Source of the DNA: Octopus bimaculoides
Lineage: Eukaryota
DNA: 64,000 nt
NCBI RefSeq assembly: GCF_001194135.2
Contig: NC_068981.1
Span: forward strand, 32,155,735 to 32,219,734
Reading direction: 5' to 3'
Every line of letters begins with the position of its first letter. The stretch's first letter is position 1. The notes beneath the pieces are model-generated. The model was not told the origin of the DNA, did no database searches, and saw only the letters and a program-made list of their open reading frames with translations. Position numbers and translations under genes: made by a program. Positions 1-13,748 of this stretch are shown piece by piece.

Positions 1-1529
1 ATATATATATATATATATACACATTTTATATATTTTACATTTATATGGTAAATTTGTTAAAACTTTTAGTCGCTGTTTAGGTGGGAAACTTGAAATTTTA
101 AATAAATATGGGGTAATAACCAGTCTTCAACTTAGCAAATATTTGTAAGGATTTGGAATGTTTACGATTCGAGTTATTTGCTTACTACGTCACCAATATT
201 GTTTGAGACAATTCAGGAAGTAGTAATTATGCACCAAGCCATCGGTAGTTAAGGTAGTCTTTGTAAATTCTTGGTGATGGAACCGCGTGTCTGATAAAAC
301 ATGTAAGCGTTAATACTTATAGTTTTATAACCTTTTAAACAGCTTTAATTAGCTTTAAATGTACCAAGGTTTTATAATAATAGTTAATTACCAGTATTTT
401 TATTAGTTCTTATTTAATAAAATTTAATGTTTCTATTAGTTACTGGTTGTTTAATATTATAGCTTGTAGTGGTGATATATAATGAGTATTTAGTGATTTA
501 TTATTAACTTTAGAATGATGAAATAATGTATTTCACTCATAATCATTATATTATCAGTTAAATTAAACTCAATGGTGTTTGTTTTGTTTTAGAGAGTTTT
601 ATATTAAGCTTTAACTCTTTTATTATAGTAGTAACTATGGAAGACTGGTGGGATTATTATTTGTATGGACTTAAAGATTGGTCGCGAGTTTTGTTAAAGT
701 CAGTGTTTAATCCTGCCTATAATTTGATTGAATGACTATGGTTATTGAGCTTTCACTTTTATATTATACTATGGCAGACGATAGGAAATACAATCTTTGT
801 GTGATTTAATGGATTGGTCGCTGTCTAGTTACGAAATTTGGAGTTGGTTGTAATTTACTTATTGAATTTATTCACCGATAAAGTCTGTACATTGGGTAAA
901 TGTGTTTGAAGGTTGTGGTTTCTTTGGTATGATTGTTCCCAAATAACACTTATTTCAATGCTGTTGACACCGCCGGATTGAATGGGACTACTCAGGTGTC
1001 TAAACCATAATGATATCCGTGGGGCAGCGGATGATGGAGGTATGTTGGATTGTTTTTGTATATGTGGAATAGTATTATAACACATCCTTTTGATATATTA
1101 TAATATACCTTGATTCTGTGTAGACTTAGTTCCCCGTTGACAGGCCCTTGGTGTGTGTGATTACAGTGGATTATAGAGTTAAGGTAATTTGATTAATGGA
1201 TATGTATTAATTTGTTTATTTGTGTTGTAGGTTCTTTCCTTCAATGGTGGGGGCCTACGCCCTTAAACAAGCAGCGTGACTGTTAGTTTTGATCCAGTTA
1301 TAAGGTTTAGAAGAGCTGTAAACTAGAACGCTAGGCAAAGCTTGTGTAAATGGGAAATCTCTTTAACAAGGATTACACCAGGTAACGCCCATTGTATGAG
1401 GCAGCCCCTCATTAAAATGTTCCTGACAGCTAGTTGCTCCTCTCCATCTTGAGCCGTTTAGAGTAGGGTATTGATAACTGTAGAGAGCAACTGTAAAGAA
1501 AAAATGGCTTAACAAATATTACAATAAAT

Positions 1530-1852
1530 AAAATAACGACTACGAATCTATTTCTGTTTGTAATAGTCATGTTAGTAAATGCGGTAAGAAGAAATCTTTA
1601 TGTTGTATTGTTTTGGTTGATAATAAAGATTTTAGCGGCAAGATTACAGATAAAAAATTTATCATTAGTAATAATTTACAGTTAAGTTGTACATCTAGAA
1701 ATGTAATTTACCTGATTAGTTGTGATGAATTTGGCGTACAGTACGTAGGGCAAACTATTCAGGAATTACATCAACGTCTCGATGGTCATAGACAGGCATT
1801 TAAATTGGCTAGTAAACTTAAAATTTACGAACACTTTGGAGAGCATAGCTAA
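1530..1852 (+). mobile_element. Penelope-like element, GIY-YIG endonuclease fragment (pseudogene)
   Basis: Frame reads SKCGKKKSLCC...LSCTSRNVIYLISCDEFGVQYVGQTIQELHQRLDGH...YEHFGEH: VIY...YVGQT...RL..H plus a Cys/His pattern typical of PLE endonucleases. Bounded by stops; no RT recognised nearby. Confidence 0.8.
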
Positions 1853-1897
1853 GGATTTGAAAACTTATGCACTTGTCGGATTATCGTTTTTATGTAA

Positions 1898-2250
1898 CTC
1901 ATCGAGCAGAGTTATTGCATCAAGTTTTGCTAATAGCTTGGAGATGCTCAAGCTCAAACCACCAAAACGTTCCACCAGGCCTTTGGGAAAATCTTAGATT
2001 AAGGAGTGCTAGAAGCACTTAAGACATGGTCGCATCTCAAATCGAAACAAAGCCGATTGGGAATATTCCGTTAATAGTCGAGGAAAACCAACGTGTAACA
2101 ATTTAGAAAATTGCATACTAATTGGGAATAAGCACAGCATAAGTGAATTCTATTTCAACGGAGGATTTTTGCATGTGGAGAGTGTCGGCGAAATTAATCT
2201 CCGAAGTGCTTACGGAGCAGCAGAAGTAACTCAGCAGAGAAATTATACAG
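1898..2250 (+). mobile_element. mariner-family transposase N-terminal fragment (degenerate)
   Basis: Manual multi-frame translation gives IEQSYCIKFC**LGDAQAQT..FHQAFG / IKEC*KHLRHGRIS / VEENQRVTI*KIAY*LGISTA*VNSISTEDFCMWRVSAKLISEVLTEQQK, matching the two mariner HTH domains and the WVP-linker region. Multiple stops and frameshifts. Confidence 0.75.
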
Positions 2251-3550
2251 AATTCTGAACTGAAGCCATCGCAATTTACTATCCGTTGTCGTCATTACAA
2301 ATATTTCTTTCCATTCCAATTCAGCAAGCATATAATCTTCCCATTTATGTTTTAATTTTAAGCAAACTTCAACTGTGCTTAACTCATCGTAAAACCGTTT
2401 GGTTCCTTTCTTAACAGACATGAACCTTCGGATAGCTGCTTATTATCTAAATGTTGAAAAGAAGTAGGTTTGTTTATCTTTAACATTACTTGGTAGCCTT
2501 TAATGGCCCACAGTACTGAAGTAAATTTGTACCTAGTTCAAAACTCTTTAAGAACAATATCCTTTGTCTTTTCTACAATAATAAGCAGCTATCCGAAGGC
2601 TCATGTCTGTTAAGAAAGGAGCCAAACGGTTTTACGATGAGTTAAGCACAGTTGATGTTTGCTTAAAATTCAAACATAAATGGGAAGATTATATGCGTGC
2701 TGAATTGGAATGGAAAGAAATATCTGTAATGACGACAACGGATAGTAAATTGCGATGGCTTCAGTCAGAATTACACGTAATATTTTAACAACTAATTCTC
2801 TCCTATTTAAGATCAAATTAGCTGAAAGCTACCTGTGCACTTTTTGCCAACGTGAAGTAGAGACAATATCACAACTGTTTTGGTATTGTGAACACGTACA
2901 AGCCTTTTAGCAATGCTTCCTAGATCTGCTACATAAAAAATGCCTACATGTTCGCAACATGAACTTTGACTCACAGCTTATTGTGTTCGGGTTAAGAAAG
3001 AAAACATACACTGATGATATCCTTGACCTGCTAATAATACTAGCAATTTTTTTTTACATATACAAGCAAAGTATCAAAAGCCACTCTTAGCCTCAAACAT
3101 TTTAGATACTTTGTTCAGGACAGGTATCTTATTGCAAAAAAACATCTTACAATAAAAGTAAGCAAGATGAGTTTTATAAAAAGTGAATGTTCATACATGA
3201 GCTTGCAAATGTGAAGCAAACCTCTATTGTTACTTCTTGTGAAACCACAAGAGCATACCATAACTGTGTTAAAATTTTATGAGTGATTGGTGAGAGAATG
3301 TGCAGTAGTGTGTAGTCCTTTATTCTTTGTCCTCTCTTCTTTTTCTAGTTTGTTCTTTTTTAAAGAGAAGAAAGTTCTGCTTCCATTTATTTTAAAACAA
3401 AACTTCACAGTCCCTTCGCTGTGCTGTCTTCATTTATAATAGGGAAAAACAGGAAACAAATGAAAATGTTAATTAAAGAAAAAGTTTTAGGGAGGGGGAA
3501 AAATAGGTATCTCAGGAATTAAAATAGAAATAAAATTAAAATAAACAGGT
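2251..3550 (+). mobile_element. L1/Tx1-clade LINE 3' fragment with inverted 5' segment
   Basis: 2578-3250 encodes KLRWLQ..LH.ILTTNSLLFKIKLAESYLCTFCQREVETISQLFWYCEHVQ.F (C-terminal CCHC-like zinc finger of L1/Tx1 ORF2), followed by a 3' UTR-like A-rich end. 2251-2577 is the same element in reverse orientation. 3' end approximate. Confidence 0.8.
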
Positions 3551-3627
3551 AAATGTAAATGTATATGTGTATACGCACATACATACAAGCATACATGCAT
3601 ACATACATATATACATACATAAACATT

Positions 3628-3628
<1 letters not shown>

Positions 3629-3698
<70 letters not shown>
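3629..3698. repeat. (GATA)n microsatellite
   Basis: Direct reading. Similar (GATA)n arrays occur at about 13040-13144, 17550-17604, 22500-22547, 23085-23165 and 62168-62226. Confidence 0.97.
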
Positions 3699-3865
3699 CT
3701 GCAGCACGAAGTTTTGTCAGTGAACAGGTCTTGGTTTCAAAGCGACGAAAATATTTTGAAAGAAATGAAATTTAAATGTCTAAGTGAAACTAACGGTTTT
3801 TGTGTGTCCTTGAACGGTTTACAAACATCTTCCATGCTGCAATGGCTTTATATATACATAAACCC

Positions 3866-3905
<40 letters not shown>

Positions 3906-4139
3906 NNNNNNNNNNNNNNNNNNNNNNNNNNNNNNNNNNNNNNNNNNNNNNNNNNNNNNNNNNNNNNNNNNNNNNNNNNNNNNNNNNNNNNNNNNNNNNN
4001 NNNNNNNNNNNNNNNNNNNNNNNCAATACATGCATATGTATATATATATATGGGTATGTATAAATGTATATATATATGTATATATATGCTTAAGAAAATA
4101 GTATTTATATGCTTATATAATATATATATATATATATAT

Positions 4140-4360
4140 TCTTTTATTCTTTTTTTCTTTTACTTGTTTCAGTCATTTGACTGCGGCCATGCTGGAGCAC
4201 CGCCTTTAGTCGAGCAAATCAACCCCAGGACTTATTCTTTAGAAGCCTAGTACTTATTCTATCGGTCTCTTTTGCCGAACCGCTAAGTTACGAGGACAGA
4301 AACACGCCAGCATCGATTGTCAAGCGATGTTGGGGGGACAAACACAGACACACAAGCACA
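4140..4360 (-). mobile_element. SINE 3' half (family A: ...GCTCCAGCATGGCCGCAGTCAAATGACTGAAACAAGTAAAAGA tail)
   Basis: Closely matches the second copy at 37832-38034 and fragments at 34091 and 47812; ends in an (AAAGAAT)-like tail on the minus strand. Confidence 0.85.
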
Positions 4361-5639
4361 TGTTTCGTGGTCTGCTACCACAACAGCTCCTTTATAGGAT
4401 CCAATTAGCTCAAGACATCATCAGGAGGAACCACGTCCGTTTTCGGCCCCTACTCCTCTACCGTTTTGGCGTGGCGCCCCCACCCCTTTCGGAAGTGTCT
4501 TCAGTTCTGGTGTTGAGTGCATGTCTTCTTCCTTCTGTTCCCTGGCCTCTTCGATGCAGCAACGCAAGACAACCTTGGATATATACCAATGCAGGAAACC
4601 CACAGACTTTGAGTCACTCTGTTATTTCTGCTAAATATTAATAAAAATATAGATTTATATATTGTATAACGTTGCACGTACATAGTTGATTCATCCTATA
4701 TATTTTCGCTTTTAAGGAACAGTAAATAATAGAAAGGATGCTGAAGGTCGAGCGACAGCATGAGGACAGTTTTGTTGTTTTTGTTATTTTATCACAGATC
4801 AACCACTATTGGATCAAGCTGTCATCCAAGTCTATGAAGATACTACGTTTCTAGTAGTATGGATGAAATAACTAACAAATGTTTGCATATTAAAATGGTA
4901 ATTTCTACTTTGACGCATAGATGGATGAAATATTTTCTAACAATTCCAACTCATCCTAACATTTTTAATTAATTCCTAACATTTTTCTTCAAAAATTATA
5001 AGCATTACGAAATACTGGCTTTTGAATAGTTTAACAATTTCGTACTTAAAAATCTTTTTCCTCTTTTCATGATGCAATATATAATTAAAACTAAAAACTT
5101 AATAAATTTATAATGCATGTCAATGTGTATAACAACTTAATACTCTTACAGTACATACTTATTGATCTACGCTTTCAAAATAGCATCTAAGTTTCCAAAA
5201 TATGATTTCAAAATATTTCTGTATACTAACACGTGTCAACATCCTTGATTTATGGAGACTTACAGTTTATCTCCATGGAATAATTGCTTCAGCACCTAAT
5301 TCAGAATATTCTCTCTATGCTCTTAAATTTGATATAGATCTTTAACACCTTAAGAGAAGCGCCAGAAAATTCCTACTCACATTTCATATATAAATTTAAC
5401 CAAATTCTTGCACCAGATATTCTTTTTTTTTTTTTTTTGGTAGAGGTGTGTTTTCATACATTTGTTGACGGTAGTTTCTGTCTTTGGCATTGATTATCTA
5501 ACATTTAACACCTCGACTATCGTGCAGCAATAACTTATAACAGGAAATGCAATTCAGCAAAGCGCTGTCAGATATGTTCACTCCAGTTATCAAATGTGTT
5601 AATATTTGAAAGAAATTAGCCTTACGTTACAATTCAAAA

Positions 5640-5823
<184 letters not shown>

Positions 5824-6820
5824 AATTTTTCCGGAATATATTTATTATAAGAAATAACAATACGCGCATTGTTTGAAAGTTACAATTCTCTGGTTTGAAC
5901 AATGTGATACTGGCTTGTATCTAAGTTTCATTAACATAAAGTTTCGTTTCTTCGTATTCCAATATATTAGCTTATGCTGGACATCGGTTTTTATAATTCT
6001 GTTATATAGCGACTCTATAGTTGAATAGTTACATGTTACATTTCTTAAGTCTGCGTGAAAATGAAATAAGAAAAGAAAAGAAATGTCTTTTTAAAGAAGC
6101 TATTGTTGTTATTTTGCTGATCATCGTTGTAGTCGTCTTATGGTCAAAAATATTCCAAATGTAACAATCCCATTATTTTATAAATATTTTGAAGTGGCTC
6201 CCTTTCTCAAGGTAGCACAGTGTGATTTCCGAATGATTGTATTTTTGTTTTAGAAGGTGAAGTCAGCAAATAGTAGCTACCTTCTTGGTTTGCGAATTGT
6301 AAAATGAAATGGGATTAATATTCCAAGAATTCTTCTCGATAAGGAGAATTTCCAAATGCCTAGGATATTTTTACATAACATTTCAAACACATCTTCGATG
6401 AATTCCTTAATTTTTCTGTGCAACAGTTCTTTATTTGGTCATATGAATTTTAGTGAACTTTTGTAAAAATACAGTGATTTATGAATGTTTATAAATGACG
6501 CAATGGTAAATAGCTGGAAACTCATAAATACACGCTTAAAGTTATATGGCAAAATTCTTGTAATCTCTTGAATAAATATAATTGTTCATAGACATAAAAT
6601 AATATAAACATAAAATGTAATTATAAACGTATTTCACGAATAAAAATGGTAATAACCATAATAATAGTAGCAAAGAATCTTTATGTTTTTTGTCTTCTTT
6701 TCTACTTGTGTCTTTCGTTGTTCGAAAAGATAGTTCATATCCCATGTACACGTACTTTGTGTTTTTCTTGTACACATTTCATGACGTCCTGGGCCCACAT
6801 ATGCATATATATACATATAC

Positions 6821-6873
<53 letters not shown>

Positions 6874-7994
6874 NNNNNNNNNNNNNNNNNNNNNNNNNNN
6901 NNNNNNNNNNNNNNNNNNNNNNNNNNNNNNNNNNNNNNNNNNNNNNNNNNNNNNNNNNNNNNNNNNNNNNNNNNNNNNNNNNNNNNNNNNNNNNNNNNNN
7001 NNNNNNNNNNNNNNNNNNNNNNNNNNNNNNNNNNNNNNNNNNNNNNNNNNNNNNNNNNNNNNNNNNNNNNNNNNNNNNNNNNNNNNNNNNNNNNNNNNNN
7101 NNNNNNNNNNNNNNNNNNNNNNNNNNNNNNNNNNNNNNNNNNNNNNNNNNNNNNNNNNNNNNNNNNNNNNNNNNNNNNNNNNNNNNNNNNNNNNNNNNNN
7201 NNNNNNNNNNNNNNNNNNNNNNNNNNNNNNNNNNNNNNNNNNNNNNNNNNNNNNNNNNNNNNNNNNNNNNNNNNNNNNNNNNNNNNNNNNNNNNNNNNNN
7301 NNNNNNNNNNNNNNNNNNNNNNNNNNNNNNNNNNNNNNNNNNNNNNNNNNNNNNNNNNNNNNNNNNNNNNNNNNNNNNNNNNNNNNNNNNNNNNNNNNNN
7401 NNNNNNNNNNNNNNNNNNNNNNNNNNNNNNNNNNNNNNNNNNNNNNNNNNNNNNNNNNNNNNNNNNNNNNNNNNNNNNNNNNNNNNNNNNNNNNNNNNNN
7501 NNNNNNNNNNNNNNNNNNNNNNNNNNNNNNNNNNNNNNNNNNNNNNNNNNNNNNNNNNNNNNNNNNNNNNNNNNNNNNNNNNNNNNNNNNNNNNNNNNNN
7601 NNNNNNNNNNNNNNNNNNNNNNNNNNNNNNNNNNNNNNNNNNNNNNNNNNNNNNNNNNNNNNNNNNNNNNNNNNNNNNNNNNNNNNNNNNNNNNNNNNNN
7701 NNNNNNNNNNNNNNNNNNNNNNNNNNNNNNNNNNNNNNNNNNNNNNNNNNNNNNNNNNNNNNNNNNNNNNNNNNNNNNNNNNNNNNNNNNNNNNNNNNNN
7801 NNNNNNNNNNNNNNNNNNNNNNNNNNNNNNNNNNNNNNNNNNNNNNNNNNNNNCACCACACGCATTCTTTTGCCATAGCTATCAGTGTTACAAAAACCGT
7901 TTTTCCTTCCCGTTTAAAGGAAGGTGGCGGAACAATATTCACGATAGACTCGGCTGATAAGTGGGCTCGTCCCACACGCGACAACAGCCGTTCG

Positions 7995-8030
<36 letters not shown>

Positions 8031-8196
8031 TCTGAGAAAAAATTCTGAGTTAGAGATTATGCCACCATTTAAGAGATAAATTTATCCGTAGGCACTAATT
8101 GTGTATTACCTCACTATGTATATTCCTAGCCAAACGATATACAGTAGTTGGCAATTTACAGGTAAAACCGTGGTTTAATATATAAATCTAGAAAAG

Positions 8197-8227
<31 letters not shown>

Positions 8228-8373
8228 ACGTGTGTGTGTGAACAACAAGAATTAATATGTCTCTCTTTTTCTAGAAACCAAAGGGTTTATAGGACTGCAA
8301 AAGAAGTGCTGAAATATAAATGAGACGAAGATAAAGAAGCATTGGTTATAGAACAAACATTAAATGTGTGTGC

Positions 8374-8431
<58 letters not shown>

Positions 8432-9328
8432 TGCATTTCCTCTCTCCCTCCTCCTTCTTATTTTGTATCAAAACTACTCCAGGCAGAATTATGAGATGTA
8501 GTATTTTACTTCTAATGTATCAACTTTTCACTTATTACAAACGTTTTTCATCGATAGACTTAGAATGAAATGTTATTTCTAGCATAGAAAATATATTTTT
8601 ATTACACAGACGAATGTAAGAACTAAGAACGCTTATTCTTAGAGAATTTTCAACTTTCCTCCAGACAAATGTCAAAATGTTTACCTTCATCATATATGAT
8701 ACCCTTTCTTGGCCATAGATATACATATTGAATAAGACGTTTTGAGAACCAACGGTGTTAAAGTGCAGGCATGCATGTGTTTTTCATTGAAACTGAAAGG
8801 AATTATTAACTCAGCGTGTTTTTTTGTTTTTTTAACTTAGAGAAATCGTGTCCCTTTCATCAGTATTCTGTTGTGGAAAGATTAATATGCAACAATGAAC
8901 GATTAATAACATCTGGAGGAAATTTTTAAAATTTGCAGCTGTTTCTTTTTTAAGAGACTCTTGCCGCCATTGTTACCTGACGTGATACTATTGATAACAT
9001 GCCAGCTTGTAGATATTAGGCTTTTTTTGTTGCAATGCTAAAGTCTATAGAAATAGTTAGCGTGTACTTCATTTTAATGTGCCAGAAATGTAATGCAAGT
9101 AATGTAATATAATATCACTAAACTGAGTCATCAAAGTAGACAGTAACAATCTATCAAAAGGAATGCTTACATGCTTTTATTGAAAATGAGAGAGTGTAGC
9201 TAACATAAATACAAGCACATTTTTGTAGAAGGTTTGCGCTCTTGTGTTTAATCATTCAATAATAGTTTAATGAAGACAGACTTATGAAAATGGTGCGGAA
9301 ATGTTTAAAGTAAAATTTAAATGTTTCA

Positions 9329-9465
9329 GTGGTGAAGACGCCTGGCCACACCGTAAGTGTCTTCATTTCATTCTCATAAGATCGTGGGTTCAGTTTCTAG
9401 ATCGTACAGTGTCTTGTAGTCCTTGAGCAAAAGAGTTTATATCATGTTGTTCCATTCTGACTAAT
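9329..9465 (+). mobile_element. degenerate tRNA-headed SINE fragment (family C)
   Basis: Contains a B-box-like GGGTTCAGTTTC followed by GTCCTTGAGCAAAAG..TTTATATCATGTTG, homologous to the 16699 copy. Confidence 0.55.
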
Positions 9466-10156
9466 AGTCAAAATCTTTGGCCTTCTCTACCTTCAGCGTT
9501 CTCATTAAATCTCTCTTTCAAAAGAAATGTTATCATTGTCATTTCATAAGTTTATACGTGCATGTTTGCCAAGTGCTATATTTTTGACGACTTTCATCAG
9601 TAAATTTGAGCGTTTAAACACTGACAATCGTTTTGAAAATTTGCTCTTGATATTTCGATCTTCTTCGTACAATTTACGACAGTGTGGTATTAGGTAAAAA
9701 TGAACCTACGCATTTTACCAGCTTTTGTATTGCTGACGGAACTATAAAGCTAACAGACAATGTTGTGTCCTTAACTGGCACAAAAACGAAGTACCGAACA
9801 ACGACGGGAGACTGGGTAATAATATGTTATGTCATGATGTAGTTTGACATATGTTAATGTGTTTTTTGTTTTGTAGAATCTCTACAACATTGCAGTTATT
9901 TGTGCTCGTGTACACAAGAATACACGCATATACATACATAAATATATGTATATATACTGTCAACATTTTCCTTGTATAAGTTCAATAAATTTGTACTCTA
10001 TTGAAATGTATTGTGCATTAGTTTAATCTCAAATTATTTTTATATATTACTTGACATAGAAACAGTAATATATTAATATATTTTATACAAACACACACAC
10101 CTATATANNNNNNNNNNNNNNNNNNNNNNNNNNNNNNNNNNNNNNNNNNNNNNNNN

Positions 10157-10189
<33 letters not shown>

Positions 10190-12047
10190 TATACCTGTGG
10201 CTAATATTTGTTAGAAACTGTGTTTTAATAACTAACTCTAATTAAATATGAGATATTTTTCGTATAGCTTCTGTATAAAATATATAGCTTCCAATATTAG
10301 TATTTATTTCTTTGTCATTTACATACGAAATTGTAGATTATATCAACGATGTAGCACAGCAATAATAGTTCTCTTTGCTTACACTTACAAACAAATTTGG
10401 TGATAGAATGTTGTTGTTTTTTTATGTTCTAATATAACTAAAGCATTGTTTGTCTAACGTTGCTGGAGCTTTGCAATATTCATTTATTGTTTTACTCAAC
10501 ACTCCTATTTCTGATTTATCAAATGTAGCGTGTGTTTGTATGTGAACGTGAGAGTTTTGCGCTTTTCTTTGGTGTTTAGCTGTAGATCAGTAACGTATTA
10601 TAATTATTGTAGATGAATTTGTTTCGATCGTGTTCTTTCTGATCCAAAAGTCATATGACATGTGGTTATTTTTAGTCAGTGAAACAGATAGATGTGACAC
10701 ATGTATCTGTTTCTCCAGTTATAAGTTCACACCGTTTACTTAAACACAATACTATTATGTTTGAGCATGCTGTGATGAATTTTATGAATTATATCCTTGA
10801 TACGTAGACAGTCTCGACTACATGCAGTCACTCATGGTGTCTTAATTGAAATTACATTACTTTCAAATTCTCAAAAAAAGGGCGAACATACAAGCTAAAT
10901 AAATTCGAATATGTTTAATTTGTGGTAATTTGTAATAATAAGATAATTTACTTTTTTTACTTTACATTTTAATTACTTTATATTTTCGGTTATTTTTACA
11001 ATAGTGCATGAAGAAAAGAAACACATATGGCCACTAAATATTCTAAACAATTTTCAGCAAATATTTCATCGCATTAACATCGCTAATATCGTTCAGAAAA
11101 TAAAAAAGCTGAATTCCACACAATATCATCGAAACAAAAGACGTTTAAATGTTAGATTTCGAATTTTCTTTCAAGAAATTTTTATAAATACAAGCTGTGT
11201 GGAGAAAACGGTCCGTAGTGTGCAGGAAAGATTTTTAGGAAAAAAACTGACGAGAGTACAATAGAAAGAAGCAAGCGTCCCTACTCTATCAACATACTTT
11301 ATAGGAATACAATGCCTCAGTAACATATATTGAAGTAAATATTCTTTCTAAATATACAAACACACGCAATGCTAAGAAATAACAGAGACTATACAAATAG
11401 AGAACGCAGATGATATACACACACATATACACAGAAACAAGCACATACATACACACATACACACAAAAGCACACACAGAAGTATACATTCGATATAAAAG
11501 CAAAGAATATTATAACAGCATGTCCTAACCGCCAACAAAGTAACAGAAGCAAAAATATACAATAATACTTAATGAAAATGTGGTCAACAAGCACAAACAT
11601 ACGCATACGACATGCTCAAACGCATGTAACAACTAATCACATCAAACTAAACACATAAACCCAACACTAGTAGTGTAAAAAAACAGTTGAAAATCTAAAG
11701 CATTTCAAAATATATAACCAATAAGAAAGAGGACCACAGATTTAGTATGAGAGAAAATATTTTGGGGAAAAGAATTATAGACGGACAACAGGCGGCGAGT
11801 GTGATGTGTTTTTAGGATTTATTAGCATAACTCATCCGTAGTATAACAAAAATACATAAAAATACGAGATAAATACGGCACCACTTGTCTATGACATGAA
11901 AAAAAGGGAAGCAAAAGAACATCAGTACTCTTGTTATATCCACAGGGAGTAGTCATTTGGTTCATCCGTCAATAATTAATCTTATCTCTGCATTGTGTAT
12001 TGCACGATATCTGCTTCGCTAAAACATAGATGTATATATGTTGTATG

Positions 12048-12079
<32 letters not shown>

Positions 12080-12132
12080 CACACACAGATACACAAACAC
12101 ATGTGTATATATATGTTTGTATGCATATATGT

Positions 12133-12175
<43 letters not shown>

Positions 12176-12611
12176 GCACAGACACACACATACGCAAGCA
12201 AATNNNNNNNNNNNNNNNNNNNNNNNNNNNNNNNNNNNNNNNNNNNNNNNNNNNNNNNNNNNNNNNNNNNNNNNNNNNNNNNNNNNNNNNNNNNNNNNNN
12301 NNNNNNNNNNNNNNNNNNNNNNNNNNNNNNNNNNNNNNNNNNNNNNNNNNNNNNNNNNNNNNNNNNNNNNNNNNNNNNNNNNNNNNNNNNNNNNNNNNNN
12401 NNNNNNNNNNNNNNNNNNNNNNNNNNNNNNNNNNNNNNNNNNNNNNNNNNNNNNNNNNNNNNNNNNNNNNNNNNNNNNNNNNNNNNNNNNNNNNNNNNNN
12501 NNNNNNNNNNNNNNNNNNNNNNNNNNNNNNNNNNNNNNNTATATATGTGCATATATGCGCACATATATGTATTATATATATAAGTCGATAAGTATATGAG
12601 TGTGTGTTTGC

Positions 12612-12643
<32 letters not shown>

Positions 12644-12875
12644 GTGCGTGTGTGTGTGTGTTAGTGTTTCTGCGTGCGTGTGTACAGTTATCGACTTGTA
12701 GAAACGTACGTTCCTGAATACTCTTGCTGTTAGGTGTAATTCTGTAACGAAAATCATATTTCAGATGAACGTCAACGTACTTGCAAGTCATATGACAATG
12801 TTTCCCGTTGCGGAATTCCACAATAACTGCAAATTTTCTGGGGATGCACTGTCTTCGTAATAACCTATGGCTTCC

Positions 12876-12906
<31 letters not shown>

Positions 12907-13040
12907 TTGTATGTATGTATGTATTTATATGTGAGCATGTGCATATATGTGTGTGTATATCTATGTTTGTGATTATATGCATATATGCTTATTTATATAT
13001 GAATAGATGTATACGTTTAGTTTTACAGACAGAAGCGTAG

Positions 13041-13095
<55 letters not shown>

Positions 13096-13096
13096 C

Positions 13097-13145
<49 letters not shown>

Positions 13146-13647
13146 CTCGGGTACGGTCACTCCCACGTGTAAAATACATTCAGATAGGAGACCATACCTC
13201 CGGAAGTATGTCTGAATATAGTCGATTGTATTTTGAACATACCATTACTAAGCATGTGCATTTATTTTCATATAAGTAATAAGAATTTTCCTTGTGAGAT
13301 GTGAGGTCAGATTGTCAGCATATCTTCTAAATGCCTGCTAATAGCGCCCGCATTAGTAAGTAATACACATAATTGAATACCAGTTTTCATAAGTGAAAAT
13401 AAGCATAGTATTATTAGTGTTTAAAACATGTTTTCTTGATATAATTGTTATCGTGGTTGTCTTTGTAACTATTTTCTGCTGTTATTATCATTCTTATTCA
13501 TGTTCGTGTTATTATAATTGGTATTTCGCTTCTCGTTCGTTATGTATTTTTCTTAAGCTTCTATCTCTTTTTAATATATTTCTCGCATAATTATTTTTTT
13601 TGTTGTTGTTTTATTTTCGTTGCTGTTTCATTTATGTCTGTGTGCAT

Positions 13648-13748
<101 letters not shown>

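Noticed and set aside
60-1500. Possible inverted Penelope N-terminal region upstream of the GIY-YIG fragment
   Set aside because: Only a faint TRFHH..F motif on minus; no RT motifs could be read.
11004-11264. ORF vaguely resembling a GIY-YIG C-terminus (FRIFF...ERFL.KKL)
   Set aside because: No GIY/YIG or Cys/His motifs; similarity too weak.
12700-12870. Possible short exons on either strand (VITKTVHPQKICSYCGIPQRETLSYDLQ on minus; ERQRTCKSYDNVSRCGIPQ on plus)
   Set aside because: Weak acceptor or no donor; no recognisable homology.
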